Source: a virus. From it: a stretch of DNA of 32,000 nt. The position numbers and the translations under genes are program-made. A model generated the notes under the pieces. The model ran no database searches, was not told the origin of the DNA, and worked only from the letters and a program-made list of their open reading frames with translations. Below are positions 7,768 to 16,749 of this stretch, one piece after another. The stretch is from positions 60,936 to 92,935 of IMG/VR virus record IMGVR_UViG_3300050821_012719; one strand, given 5' to 3'. Every line of letters starts with the position of its first letter. Positions within the stretch are counted from its first letter, which is position 1.

Positions 7768-9158
7768 GAGACGTTCTTCAATTGCTCCTTCAGCACCTTG
7801 TCGTTGTCCTTCGAGGTGACCGGCGTCCGGATCGGCTTGGGGCCGTCCTTCTGCTTCTTCTTTTCCTCGTCGTCATCCGCGTCCTTGGCCTTCGCCTTGG
7901 CGACCTCCTTGTCGGTCATCGCCTCCTTGAAGGACATGTCCGTGTAGGGGATGCCGCCGATGCGGATGCCGTTGAGCTGGAACTCGCGCGAACCGGCAAG
8001 AACCAGAGCGACGGTTGGAGGTGAGCCCTTCTCGTTGATGCTGCGGATGGCACAAGTCGCGTCCTGACCGATGGCGTCGGAGTACGCGATCTCGTCCAGC
8101 TCAGCGTCCCCGTTCTTCGACGCCTGCCTGTTGGCCTGCATCGTTGCGATGATGGGGATGTGCGTGTCCAGAACGGTCTGACGAGCGGCACGTGATATCT
8201 GCATCACACGCTCGTGGTCTTTGCCGATCTTGCGGTCGGCAGACATGAGGTACAGACCGTCGATGAAGACGGCGTCCGGCTTGTACTTCTCGATCTTGCC
8301 TCGGAGCCACATCATGTTGTCCTGCCCCGCAGGCGCGTCGCGCCCAGAGACAGCGATGATGTTGTGCCGGCCACTCGTTGCTTGCGCCCGTGCACGAATC
8401 GCCTGAGCGGCGTAGATGAAGTTCGCACGATGCTCGGGAGAGAGCTTGCCCAGGCGGTACTCATCGTACGGCAACATCGCGATGGCCGCGGTGACACGAC
8501 GGTAGATCTGCCAGGTCGGCATCTCCTTCGTGTAGACCATCACGCACTTGTCTTGGTTGTAGGTCGACGCGATGAAGTCACCCAAGACGAAGGTCTTCTT
8601 CGACTTTGGCCTGCCGTAGATGACGATGTAGTCGTCGTCTTGTACGCCCCCTGTTGCTTCGTTCAACGGTTCCCACGGCCAACGGAAGCAGCAGGTCAGC
8701 TCTCCGTTCTCGGCCATGACGTAGCGCCGCTCTTGTTCGTCGATGGCCGTCGAGAAGATGTCATCGTGTGACTTCATCCCGAGCGACCGGGTCATCATCA
8801 GCCGGTCCAGCAGTTGGGACACGGATGTGATGGGATCGATGTCCACAGACTCGTTGGCCTCGGCCATGGCCTCACGCGTCTCGAGGATGATGCGTTGCTT
8901 GCGCACCTCCGCACAGAGCGCGTCGAGTGTCATGGACGCATCGTCGCAGAACTCGAATGTGGGGTACTGGGACCTAAAAGACTCGGTGCCCGGTACTGCC
9001 CCACTCGTATCGGATGCCTTCCAGTATCCGATCAAGTGGGTGAACAACCCTCGACCCTCCGTGGTCCGAAAGTCATCCTCCTGCATCCCCCATTCGAGCA
9101 CGTCTGCGAGCTGTCCAGTACGAATGATCCTACTGAGTAGCTGCATCTCCACGTGCAT
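7764..9158 (-). CDS. DnaB-type replicative helicase (464 aa)
   Basis: Track ORF 7764..9260 trimmed to ATG 9158 (MHVEMQLLSRII), with GGGAG upstream; the 34 residues before it are Arg-rich leader sequence. DnaB-like N-domain, Walker A YGRPKSKKTF, Walker B AVFIDGLYLM, MQANRQ. Lys/Asp-rich C-terminal tail. Confidence 0.9.
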   Translation of the reverse strand: MHVEMQLLSRIIRTGQLADVLEWGMQEDDFRTTEGRGLFTHLIGYWKASDTSGAVPGTESFRSQYPTFEFCDDASMTLDALCAEVRKQRIILETREAMAEANESVDIDPITSVSQLLDRLMMTRSLGMKSHDDIFSTAIDEQERRYVMAENGELTCCFRWPWEPLNEATGGVQDDDYIVIYGRPKSKKTFVLGDFIASTYNQDKCVMVYTKEMPTWQIYRRVTAAIAMLPYDEYRLGKLSPEHRANFIYAAQAIRARAQATSGRHNIIAVSGRDAPAGQDNMMWLRGKIEKYKPDAVFIDGLYLMSADRKIGKDHERVMQISRAARQTVLDTHIPIIATMQANRQASKNGDAELDEIAYSDAIGQDATCAIRSINEKGSPPTVALVLAGSREFQLNGIRIGGIPYTDMSFKEAMTDKEVAKAKAKDADDDEEKKKQKDGPKPIRTPVTSKDNDKVLKEQLKNVS

Positions 9159-9171
9159 GGGTACTCCCTTT

Positions 9172-9205
9172 CCTCCAGTGCTACTTCCCCGGGCGATCCT
9201 TATAC
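9172..9205 (-). promoter_or_regulatory. conserved leftward element, copy C
   Basis: Minus strand 5'-GTATAAGGATCGCCCGGGGAAGTAGCACTGGAGG-3'. It ends 13 nt before the helicase ATG and lies just downstream of terminator 9228..9272. It contains a TATAAG -10-like hexamer. Confidence 0.45.
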
Positions 9206-9227
9206 CTCTCCAGGGGCGTGACTCTGC

Positions 9228-9272
9228 CTCCAAACGAAAGAGGGGCAACCTCAAGCACAAGAGGTCGCCCCT
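9228..9272 (-). terminator. rho-independent terminator (minus strand)
   Basis: Stem 9241..9252 pairs with 9261..9272. It is 12 bp with one position that is A.C on the plus strand but G.U on the minus strand. Loop is 8 nt. On the minus strand it is followed by CUUUCGUUUGG. Confidence 0.55.
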
Positions 9273-9408
9273 CCAACATCCGGGGGTACTACGTATAGTG
9301 GCCCGTCGTCAGGTTGCGTGCGCGAAGCCTTCCTCCCTGGTTGCGCACGTCCATGGCGGACCGTTGACGATGAACGAGCCCCCCGCCCCTGTCAATGTGT
9401 CCGGGTGT

Positions 9409-9756
9409 TCACACCTGCTGGGCGTCTTCTTCGCCAGTCCCGAGGTGTTCCCCCAGGCCGCCGACAGAAGCCCCGGTAGGGGACGCCGTTGAGACCGTGT
9501 CTCCTGCCACCTCGAGAGCGCTTCCTGTGAAGTGCAGTCGAGCGAGGTCCCTTTCCATGGAGGCTCTGAGCGTGTTCATCGCTTCCATGGTTTCTTTTGA
9601 CCAGATCGGCCCCTCACCGGTCGTCCAGCCATGCGTGTGACCACTCTTGCTATCCACGAAGGCAGCCTTCACCTTCAGTGACCCCCCCACTACGTGAAAG
9701 GCGAAGGTGCCTTCGTGAACAGCGATCCCGTCGAACTTCGGAGTTCCGGCTTGCAT
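9409..9756 (-). CDS. hypothetical protein (115 aa)
   Basis: Track ORF 9409..9783 (TTG start) trimmed to ATG 9756, which follows the upstream stop by 1 nt. Sequence MQAGTPKFDGIAVHEGTFAFHVVGGSLKVKAAFVDSKSGHTHGW... has normal composition. No recognisable domain. Confidence 0.5.
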   Translation of the reverse strand: MQAGTPKFDGIAVHEGTFAFHVVGGSLKVKAAFVDSKSGHTHGWTTGEGPIWSKETMEAMNTLRASMERDLARLHFTGSALEVAGDTVSTASPTGASVGGLGEHLGTGEEDAQQV

Positions 9757-9757
9757 G

Positions 9758-10015
9758 TCAGCCCGTAGTATAGCCAGAGGCAATCGAAGCGAGGGTCTTG
9801 TCCTTCTCCGGGATGGCGTGGCTCAGACCATCCTTCGTCAGCTCGAGCGACTTGAAGAAGGCCTGCTTGCCCGCCTCGTTGATGGTGGCCTCGTCCTGGT
9901 TGCACGTGATGCGCACGACGCTGGAGACCTTCACTGCACCGTAGTCGAGACCGAACTGCGTGCTCATCTCGACCTGGGCCAAACCGTTGCCCAGGAGATT
10001 CTCGAAGCTGTCCAT
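9758..10015 (-). CDS. hypothetical protein (85 aa)
   Basis: Track ORF 9758..10081 trimmed to ATG 10015 (MDSFENLLGNGLAQVEM...), with AGAGGG upstream. No recognisable domain. Confidence 0.5.
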   Translation of the reverse strand: MDSFENLLGNGLAQVEMSTQFGLDYGAVKVSSVVRITCNQDEATINEAGKQAFFKSLELTKDGLSHAIPEKDKTLASIASGYTTG

Positions 10016-10077
10016 GTAGCCCTCTTCTTCGTGGTACGTGCCGTCGGTTCTGCTGACCCTTCTCCACCAGCGCGCGT

Positions 10078-10512
10078 TCACGGCAGCAGGTAGGGGTCCG
10101 GCTTCTTGTAGCGTAGCTCGAGGCGGATGCAGGCCTTCGAAACCTCTGCGGGGATCATGCCCGATTCGTGGTAGGCGAGCACGCGTGTACGGTCGACCTT
10201 GTAATCGATGACCTTCTCCGTGTAGCCGCCGAGGTTCAGGAACTGCTCCTCGCCGAGCTCCTCGAAGAGCTTCTCCGCGTTGATCTTGGTGGACTCGCTG
10301 AGCTTGACGAAGGGCCCGCAGGTCACGCCCATGTTGCGCACGCGTTGCTCGGCTGAGATGAGAAGCTCGTTGCGTTGAATCGCGAGCTTGGAGAACTTCT
10401 CGTAGAACTCCGGGTTGGAGGCGATGAGCTCTCGCAGCTCTCGTTCGACGCTCAACAGCATCATGACTTCTTCGACACCGCTGGGGTCCACAGACACAGC
10501 CTTCTCAGTCAT
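10078..10512 (-). CDS. hypothetical protein (144 aa)
   Basis: Track ORF trimmed to ATG 10512 (MTEKAVSV...), with GGAGG 6 nt upstream and an 8-nt overlap with the UDG gene. Helical, charged N-terminal half. No domain recognised. Confidence 0.65.
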   Translation of the reverse strand: MTEKAVSVDPSGVEEVMMLLSVERELRELIASNPEFYEKFSKLAIQRNELLISAEQRVRNMGVTCGPFVKLSESTKINAEKLFEELGEEQFLNLGGYTEKVIDYKVDRTRVLAYHESGMIPAEVSKACIRLELRYKKPDPYLLP

Positions 10513-11380
10513 TGAACTCCTCCTCTCCAACTTCCAGTTCTGCGTGGTACTGATTCATCTCTTCCTCGGAGAGATCTTCCAGTTCTTTGCTCTCTTCCGA
10601 CTTGGCTCCGACTTCGAGTTGATAGCGTTCGAAGATCTTGGCTGCCTTCTTGATGTCTGCAAAGAACTGGCGGAAGGGACTGGTCGGCCCCTTGTCGCTC
10701 AGCTTCCTGTCGACATAGGCCGGATGCAGCGTAGGGATGAGCAGATAGCGGACCTCGTTCTGCTCGACCGGTGCCACCATCTGGCCATGTGCCTTGCGCA
10801 GCCAGATCCCCTTCTTCTCGGTCATCTTCGCTCGGGAAGTGACTCCGGGGATAGTGATCTCTCTCTCCCTGCCTCTCTCTGTGGTGATGGTGACCGAGCC
10901 ACCAGTCAGAGCCTCGGCAGCCTTGCCGCCTAGACTCACGATGATGACCGGGTCCACCAGGTAGATCTCCTCGTAGAGGCGAGGCAGGCACTCCTTGATG
11001 TGCAGGGGGGACGGAGGTTCGTCCTTGTAGACGATCTCCGGAAGCTTCGTGCGTCGGTTGTTCCGCATCATGGGGGTGTTCGTGTTCTGGTCGATGAGAG
11101 GGGAGCACGAACGACACGCCACCACGTTCGTGATGTACGCGTCGTTGATGCCAAGCTTCTCCATGACCCCGCGAAGGATCTTGCCCGACCGCCCTACGAA
11201 GGGGCGACCCTCCCTCTCCTCGTTCTTGCCAGGCCCTTCGCCAACGAAGAGGATGCTGCGAGTCACACCCTCTCCGAAGACGAAGTGCCCGTTCACGTCG
11301 CTCCGGCGCTTCCCAAGCTCGCACCGGACGCAGTCCTGCCACGCATCGCGCAGGACGTTCAGCCGCCTGACTTCGTCCAT
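10505..11380 (-). CDS. family-4-type uracil-DNA glycosylase with acidic C-terminal extension (291 aa)
   Basis: CVRCELGKRR...VFGEGVTRSILFVGEGPGKNEEREGRPFVGRSGKIL (CxxC plus the GE(A/G)PG...G-PF-G motif), VVACRSC, IPTLHPAYV (HP[AS] motif). About 60 C-terminal residues are Glu-rich. Confidence 0.85.
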   Translation of the reverse strand: MDEVRRLNVLRDAWQDCVRCELGKRRSDVNGHFVFGEGVTRSILFVGEGPGKNEEREGRPFVGRSGKILRGVMEKLGINDAYITNVVACRSCSPLIDQNTNTPMMRNNRRTKLPEIVYKDEPPSPLHIKECLPRLYEEIYLVDPVIIVSLGGKAAEALTGGSVTITTERGREREITIPGVTSRAKMTEKKGIWLRKAHGQMVAPVEQNEVRYLLIPTLHPAYVDRKLSDKGPTSPFRQFFADIKKAAKIFERYQLEVGAKSEESKELEDLSEEEMNQYHAELEVGEEEFND

Positions 11381-12001
11381 CTATCTCCTGAAGGGAACGC
11401 CCGGACCTCCGAACCCAGCCCTCTTCATCGCCGCAGCCTCCATGGCGTGCTGGTGGGGCGAGACGATGCGCGGACCGGCCGGCACAGATCCCTGGGGCTC
11501 GTCACGCTGCACCACCGTGGTGCTCCGCGTGACGATGATGCCGTTGCTCACGAGCCCCTTATGCATCTCCTTGTCTGGTCCTTGCAGGTCCTCGAAGAAC
11601 ACGAACCTCGGAGCATACATGTAGTGCGGTACGCCCTGGCCGGTCATCTCGATGGGAAGGATCATCGGATGCTTGCTGAAGTCACCCTCCACTTCGGGGT
11701 TCGGCTTGAGCGCGATGAGGTACTCCCAGACCGGATTGAGCTCGATGTAGGCCGGCATGCTCATGAGAACGTGGTACTTGTCCGTCGGCTGGACGAAGTT
11801 CCCCTTGTCGACGATCTTGCTCACCCGGCCGATGTAGCGAAGGTTCCCGTCCGAAGCGGAGACCCAGACCCCTTCGCTCAGCAGCTTGTCCGCCTCTGCG
11901 GAGAGCTCTGTGCGGATGCGCTGGATCTCGTCCTGCCGTCTCTGCACCTCGTTCTGCATGTGCTCGAGTTCCTTCTGCTCTTCTTCGTGGCTCTTGCTCA
12001 T
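11381..12001 (-). CDS. hypothetical protein with N-terminal coiled coil (206 aa)
   Basis: ATGA overlap with the upstream helicase gene; its stop abuts the UDG ATG. Normal composition. No domain recognised. Confidence 0.7.
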   Translation of the reverse strand: MSKSHEEEQKELEHMQNEVQRRQDEIQRIRTELSAEADKLLSEGVWVSASDGNLRYIGRVSKIVDKGNFVQPTDKYHVLMSMPAYIELNPVWEYLIALKPNPEVEGDFSKHPMILPIEMTGQGVPHYMYAPRFVFFEDLQGPDKEMHKGLVSNGIIVTRSTTVVQRDEPQGSVPAGPRIVSPHQHAMEAAAMKRAGFGGPGVPFRR

Positions 12002-13713
12002 CGGAATCTCCTCGCGTCATCGGGATAGTTCGAGAACTCGTAGGTGTACGGCCCTCCATCTTCGAGGGGCCACTTTCGAAGATGGTGCCGGATCTTCTTG
12101 CACATCTCGATGATGACCTTGATGTTGTCCTCGAAGATGTGGAAGAGAGGGCTCTGCTTGTGTTGCTTGTGCCTCAGGGCACGGCCCATGATCTGCTGAA
12201 CCGCGCCCTTGGAGCTCGTCGGTTCGCAGAGCATTACTGTATCGATGGAGGGCTCGTCCAGGCCTTCCTTGCCGTACTTCATGATGGCGAAGGTGACGGC
12301 ACGCTCTTGAAGCAGACGAGTTCGTTCTGCCGTCGACACCTTGTGGATCATGAGCCCGGCATCGCTAGGCATCTCCAAAAGCTTAGTCCGGTAATCCTTC
12401 TGCTCTTTGTGGATGATCTTCAGCATGCGCTTGGCAGTGTCATGCCCGGCGATGGCGAGCTCGAGGTCTTCGATCTTCTGCATCACCTCCAGGGTGGTAG
12501 CCTTCGAGAGCCTTCCGCCCTGAAGAAGCAGGCGGTTCACTTCGAGGCTCTTCTCCATCATGTCGCGGTCATCCGACTCGATGAAGAGCGGAGGGGCCTC
12601 TCCTGGGAGAAGGGGAGGAAGGGGGATGTCCGTGTAGAGCGACTGGGCTCCGTTCCAGATGGCGAGCAAGTTGACCAGCTCGTCCACGGACTTCGAGAGC
12701 ACAAGGACCTTGCGTCCCTCGCGATGATACTGACGGACCTTGGTGATGATCGTCTGAAGGCGGTCCACCCAACGGCCGAACCAGACTGAGAGCATGCTGA
12801 GGTGCACGTCCCCTGACAGGGTGCATGTGCCGGCCACCACTTTTGGGTCGGACATGTCGAGTTCGAACCCTGTCCACTCGAAGATGATACGAGGCACCAG
12901 GTCTTGCTTCAGGTTCCGGTAGAACGACTGGCCGAAGTGGAACTCGTGGATGACGTGAAGTCCGTCATCACGCTTCGGAGTCGCCGTCAACCCGTAGCGA
13001 CGCTCGTAGATCAAGTCAGCGCTACGAGAGAAGGTGGGAGCGTTGACGTGGTGAGCCTCGTCGTAGAAGCCGACGCCGAACCAACGGCGGAAGCTCTCCG
13101 GCAGCTCGTGTGACTTCATCGCCAGTGTCTGATAGGTGGCTAGAACAATGGATCGACCTTCCCAGTCGAACTCCCCATCGCCGACCTGTCCCACGCCTCC
13201 AGGGACTTCGAGGAAACGCTCGATGGCGCGTAGCCACTGAGATAGCAGTTGCATGTTGTCGACGACGACGAGGGTTGGGACCTGGAGATGGGCGATCGCC
13301 TCGAGAGCGATGACTGTCTTACCCTTGCCGCAAGCGAGCTCCAAGATGCCGCTGCGGCTGCTGAGTAGTGCTGCGAGAGCATCTCGCTGCACAGTCTCTC
13401 CAGTAGGGACGAGAACGTCGTTCATCTCCTTGTGGTCCAGCAAGATGCGGCTCTTGATATTCGTCTTCTTGTAGCGACGTGGTCGACAATCGACGACGTC
13501 GAAGCCGAACTGCCCCTTCTTCCAGAACTCTCGGGGCACCACGAGGTGATTCAGCTCCTCCCGATAGAGAGGCAGCTCCGCCATCTCGCGGTCCTTGCCT
13601 TCGAGATAGGTGAACGTGAGGGCCTTCTTCACGCCCTCCACGTTCACCATGCTCTTGGGGACCCAGAGGTTGTCCGTCAGGTAGCCCTTGCTGGGGTCCG
13701 TTCCGATCTGCAT
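11998..13713 (-). CDS. SF2 DEAH-box helicase (Res-subunit/XPB-like, 571 aa)
   Basis: Motif I ELACGKGKT, motif II FYDEAHH, motif III GLTATP, followed by a C-terminal helicase domain. Confidence 0.9.
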   Translation of the reverse strand: MQIGTDPSKGYLTDNLWVPKSMVNVEGVKKALTFTYLEGKDREMAELPLYREELNHLVVPREFWKKGQFGFDVVDCRPRRYKKTNIKSRILLDHKEMNDVLVPTGETVQRDALAALLSSRSGILELACGKGKTVIALEAIAHLQVPTLVVVDNMQLLSQWLRAIERFLEVPGGVGQVGDGEFDWEGRSIVLATYQTLAMKSHELPESFRRWFGVGFYDEAHHVNAPTFSRSADLIYERRYGLTATPKRDDGLHVIHEFHFGQSFYRNLKQDLVPRIIFEWTGFELDMSDPKVVAGTCTLSGDVHLSMLSVWFGRWVDRLQTIITKVRQYHREGRKVLVLSKSVDELVNLLAIWNGAQSLYTDIPLPPLLPGEAPPLFIESDDRDMMEKSLEVNRLLLQGGRLSKATTLEVMQKIEDLELAIAGHDTAKRMLKIIHKEQKDYRTKLLEMPSDAGLMIHKVSTAERTRLLQERAVTFAIMKYGKEGLDEPSIDTVMLCEPTSSKGAVQQIMGRALRHKQHKQSPLFHIFEDNIKVIIEMCKKIRHHLRKWPLEDGGPYTYEFSNYPDDARRFR

Positions 13714-13914
13714 CTACCCTGACTCCGTTTGCAGCTCGTCGAGCCGCGCTTTGCAGGCCTTGATGATTGCTTGGTGCTTCTTGATCTTGGCGGTCAAGTC
13801 CTTGACCTCCTCCGCCAGATGCTCCGCACACCGGTTGCTTCGAAGAACTCGAGTCCCGCAGTCGACGAAGTCCGTGTGGTCCGGGACTCGTACCGTGCAT
13901 CCCTCTTTGCTCAT
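13714..13914 (-). CDS. small hypothetical protein (66 aa)
   Basis: ATGA overlap with the upstream gene; its stop abuts the helicase ATG. 4 Cys followed by a coiled-coil tail (EEVKDLTAKIKKHQAIIKACKARLDELQ). Confidence 0.5.
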   Translation of the reverse strand: MSKEGCTVRVPDHTDFVDCGTRVLRSNRCAEHLAEEVKDLTAKIKKHQAIIKACKARLDELQTESG

Positions 13915-14459
13915 TGCGGCTTCCTGATGAAGGGGACGGTATCGAAGAAGTGCGCGAGGGAGTGGCCGGCGGCTTTGAGCATGCCGCGCGTGACTTCTCT
14001 GGCGAGCGGAGCCCAGTACGACTCACCCTCTTGACGATGCTCGGACTCGGACAAGTATGACGGCATGTGATGCGAGACTGGCATCATCTCGATAGGGCGG
14101 ATCTGCATCGGCGCGTGCGGGTACTGATACGACACCTGCCCTTGCGGCGCCATCACCGTAGGCGTTGAAAGTTGGGTCGGTCGACCCGGGACGAATCCAT
14201 GTTGCTGGTACGGTACTGCTGGCTGAGGCATCCCGTAGGGCGGTCGGATGATCGATTGCGGTGGGATGAGTACCGGACGCTCGTTTGCCTTCTTCAGCGC
14301 GACTCTCGACCGGCACATGTCGAACAGCTCGCACTTGGCTCGGACCTTACTGCCGCCGTTCGGGCTGACGTAGCCGGGATCGTAGCCGCCCTTGCATTCG
14401 ATTGCGTTCGCATCCCAGAGCTGGCCGAAGCACTCCGGCGCTCCATTCGGTATGGTCAT
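13911..14459 (-). CDS. hypothetical Cys-motif / Pro-Gln-rich protein, first gene of the leftward replication unit (182 aa)
   Basis: Track ORF 13911..14645 trimmed to ATG 14459 (MTIPNGAPECFGQLWDANAIECKGGYDPGY...KCELFDMC), with AAGGAG 5 nt upstream. The discarded 62 aa overlap the divergent gene start. Confidence 0.6.
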   Translation of the reverse strand: MTIPNGAPECFGQLWDANAIECKGGYDPGYVSPNGGSKVRAKCELFDMCRSRVALKKANERPVLIPPQSIIRPPYGMPQPAVPYQQHGFVPGRPTQLSTPTVMAPQGQVSYQYPHAPMQIRPIEMMPVSHHMPSYLSESEHRQEGESYWAPLAREVTRGMLKAAGHSLAHFFDTVPFIRKPQ

Positions 14460-14482
14460 GACTCTCCTTGGAGTAGGGGGGA

Positions 14483-14516
14483 CCTCAGTGTTCTTTTTCC
14501 CGGGTTCCGTGGTACC
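14483..14516 (-). promoter_or_regulatory. conserved leftward element, copy A, inside the 82-bp divergent control region 14460..14541
   Basis: Minus strand 5'-GGTACCACGGAACCCGGGAAAAAGAACACTGAGG-3'. It ends 23 nt before ATG 14459. The same 82 bp must also hold the signals for the rightward unit that starts at 14542. Confidence 0.45.
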
Positions 14517-14541
14517 TTGCAGGGAGGTTCTGGAGGACTGC

Positions 14542-15102
14542 ATGGAGAAGCTCAGCGGGCTCATTCTGGACCTGTACGATGATTCTCGCGGAGAGATCTT
14601 GAAAGGTCTCTTCCCCGACCAGGGACAGATCCCCGACATCATCAAGCAGGCCCACTACCTCACGCAGAACGAGCGAGAAGCTCTACCGGACGACGTCTTC
14701 GCCCTCGTGCTGAGGGATCGAGACGTCGTCCTTCGCAAGTTCGCCTGCACCGATGCTGGTAACACGCTGGCTTCGATGCTCTACCTCATGAAGACGGCCT
14801 CGAAACTCCCACTGCCGGCGATCGAGCGTGCCCTCGAGAACCTGAAGGTCGCTTCGCGCTGGTACTGGAACACGGCCGAAGAGCTCGAGAAGTCGGCTGG
14901 CATCGGAGGTGCGATGCTCGGAGGGCTCGCCGGTCTGGGCAAGAACGTGGCTGGCTGGGCTGCGAAGAACCCGATGAAGGCCCTGACGACTGGCATGGGC
15001 GTCGCGAGCGGCATCGGCGCCGCGAAGCAGATCGGCTCGAACCTTCGAGGTGTGAGTGCGGCCGAACAAGCCGGTGGCGGTTTCGGCACTATCGTTCCGT
15101 GA
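14542..15102 (+). CDS. hypothetical protein with Gly-zipper-like C-terminus (186 aa)
   Basis: Track ORF 14392..15102 trimmed to ATG 14542 (MEKLSGLILDLYDD), with GGAGG 5 nt upstream. C-terminus GIGGAMLGGLAGLGKNVAGWAAKNPMKALTTGMGVASGIGAAK. Confidence 0.65.
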   Translation: MEKLSGLILDLYDDSRGEILKGLFPDQGQIPDIIKQAHYLTQNEREALPDDVFALVLRDRDVVLRKFACTDAGNTLASMLYLMKTASKLPLPAIERALENLKVASRWYWNTAEELEKSAGIGGAMLGGLAGLGKNVAGWAAKNPMKALTTGMGVASGIGAAKQIGSNLRGVSAAEQAGGGFGTIVP

Positions 15103-15109
15103 GGAGACC

Positions 15110-16039
15110 ATGAGCAAGACCGCAGAGCTTTCGGGCACGCACACCATGCCGGCTGGTCAGGCTGTTCGGCCACAGCCGGAGACGAGCAAGATGGTGCTCA
15201 AGAAGACCGGGACCTTGAGCCCTCGAGTCGAAGGCAAGGACCATCACGGAGGGGAGAAGGGTGTCTGCCCCGAGGTCAACGAGACCACACCAGGCGAGCA
15301 GGCGAAGTCCTTGCCGCAGGCGAAGGTGATGAAGCCGCATGTGGACGTGAGCGGCTTCGACCCCCCCAAGATGGTCCAGGAGAAGAAGGCGCAGGTGACG
15401 GCTCTCGACGGGCGGTACCCGCTGGACGACTACGCGCAGGTGAAGACTGCCTGCGAGTACTTCAACGAGTGGGATGGCTCCTTCTCTCCGGCAGATCGCC
15501 ACGCCTACGCGGTCAACACGCTCAAGAGGGCCGAGGAGCTCGGCATCGAACCTTCGGAAGCCCTGCGCAAGCATGGTAGCGTGACCTACGCTCCGCTCGC
15601 CGAGGTGAAGGTCGCTCTCGAGGCGCGCAAGACCGTCGTGGACGAGACGCACCAGCAGGTCCTGGACAAGATCGCGGGCATCTACGGCACCGTCCAGCCG
15701 ATGACGTTCGCCATGCTCCTCGAGGCCTTCGACAAGGAGGCGGGCATCAACCACCTCTACGAGAACGACGAGGTGCCCGACCCCTACTATTCGACGTTCG
15801 GCTTCACCAAGAGGGCGGAGTTCAGCGAGACCATCGGCAACATGACCGTCAGCGAGATGGATCTCGAGTACCTCGCCAACAAGCGACTCTCGCTGGTCAA
15901 GAACGTCTTCACCGAGCCGTTCGCGGAAGAGTTCCGCAAGAACCCGGTGGACATCTACAAGTCGATGCCCGTCGACCAGCGCAAGATCCTCGCGAACATG
16001 GCTCGCGAGCAGCGCGCCGGAGCTCCGGGTAGCGGCTGA
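15110..16039 (+). CDS. hypothetical protein (309 aa)
   Basis: Track ORF trimmed to ATG 15110 (MSKTAELSG), with GAGGAG upstream. Normal composition. No domain recognised. Confidence 0.7.
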   Translation: MSKTAELSGTHTMPAGQAVRPQPETSKMVLKKTGTLSPRVEGKDHHGGEKGVCPEVNETTPGEQAKSLPQAKVMKPHVDVSGFDPPKMVQEKKAQVTALDGRYPLDDYAQVKTACEYFNEWDGSFSPADRHAYAVNTLKRAEELGIEPSEALRKHGSVTYAPLAEVKVALEARKTVVDETHQQVLDKIAGIYGTVQPMTFAMLLEAFDKEAGINHLYENDEVPDPYYSTFGFTKRAEFSETIGNMTVSEMDLEYLANKRLSLVKNVFTEPFAEEFRKNPVDIYKSMPVDQRKILANMAREQRAGAPGSG

Positions 16040-16749
16040 TGGTCTCCGAGCTCGAGACGTCGGGCGGAGGCAAGGAGCACGGGACGTACGACGGCAACAT
16101 CCCTGCTCCTCCAGCCGTCACGCTCAAGACGCTCTTCATCCATCCACTCACGCATCCGATTACGCTCGCGCTGACCGTGCTGAAGAAGTACGGGCCCGAG
16201 TGGCTCGAGTGGGAGCTCGAGACGTTGCACGACAGCATCCAGAAGGACTTCGGCAACGTCAGCGACTTGAACCTCTCGAAGTTGATGGCGATGAAGACGC
16301 TACACGTGGCGGACAGCCCGTGGCAGAAGTGGGAGATCTTCATCTGGTGCGCGATGCCGCTCAACGGCATCTTCCCGGACTTCGAGGTGATGCAGGTTCC
16401 GACGGTGGCGCAATGTGCTGTCGCAGTGGAGATCATGGACCACACGCGACGCGACGTCGTCTTCGGGGAAGAAGTCCGCAAGTACCTCGAGGTGGTGCAC
16501 GAGCATGACGGCGTCTTCGTTCCGCAGACGCCTCTCGAGATGCTCGTCAAGATCTCCTCCGGCTGGCCCTCGGATGTGCACCCCAGCGAGATTCGAGCCC
16601 GCTGGTCGGACGTCCGTCGTACCTTCCAGCCCCCAACGGGCAACACCGGAGACGACGAGCAGCTCCGTCGGATGTTCTCCATCTTCGAGCACCTCGAGGA
16701 GAGCAGGAGTAGGATGAGAACTCAGATACCTCTCATCCAGGACGCCTGA
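16039..16749 (+). CDS. hypothetical protein (236 aa)
   Basis: TGATG overlap with the neighbouring gene at both ends. Trp-rich, well-mixed composition. Confidence 0.75.
   Translation: MVSELETSGGGKEHGTYDGNIPAPPAVTLKTLFIHPLTHPITLALTVLKKYGPEWLEWELETLHDSIQKDFGNVSDLNLSKLMAMKTLHVADSPWQKWEIFIWCAMPLNGIFPDFEVMQVPTVAQCAVAVEIMDHTRRDVVFGEEVRKYLEVVHEHDGVFVPQTPLEMLVKISSGWPSDVHPSEIRARWSDVRRTFQPPTGNTGDDEQLRRMFSIFEHLEESRSRMRTQIPLIQDA

Noticed and set aside
9273-9408. Possible small gene or sigma70 promoter in the 136 nt between the stop at 9409 and the terminator (TTGACA-17-CATCGT on the minus strand; a 21-codon ATG ORF; a CGTGCGC/GCGCACG inverted repeat)
   Set aside because: The -10 is poor, the mini-ORF has no SD, and the inverted repeat is short with a ~20-nt loop. 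Nothing here rises above chance in GC-rich DNA. It is recorded only as an unusually long 3' untranslated stretch.
10509-11342. 277-aa alternative frame inside the UDG gene, and similar same-strand shadow ORFs (4788..5228, 7083..7589, 13319..14026, 22393..23181, 11682..12059)
   Set aside because: They are Arg/Pro/Gly/Ser-rich out-of-frame shadows of genes whose main frame carries the catalytic motifs.
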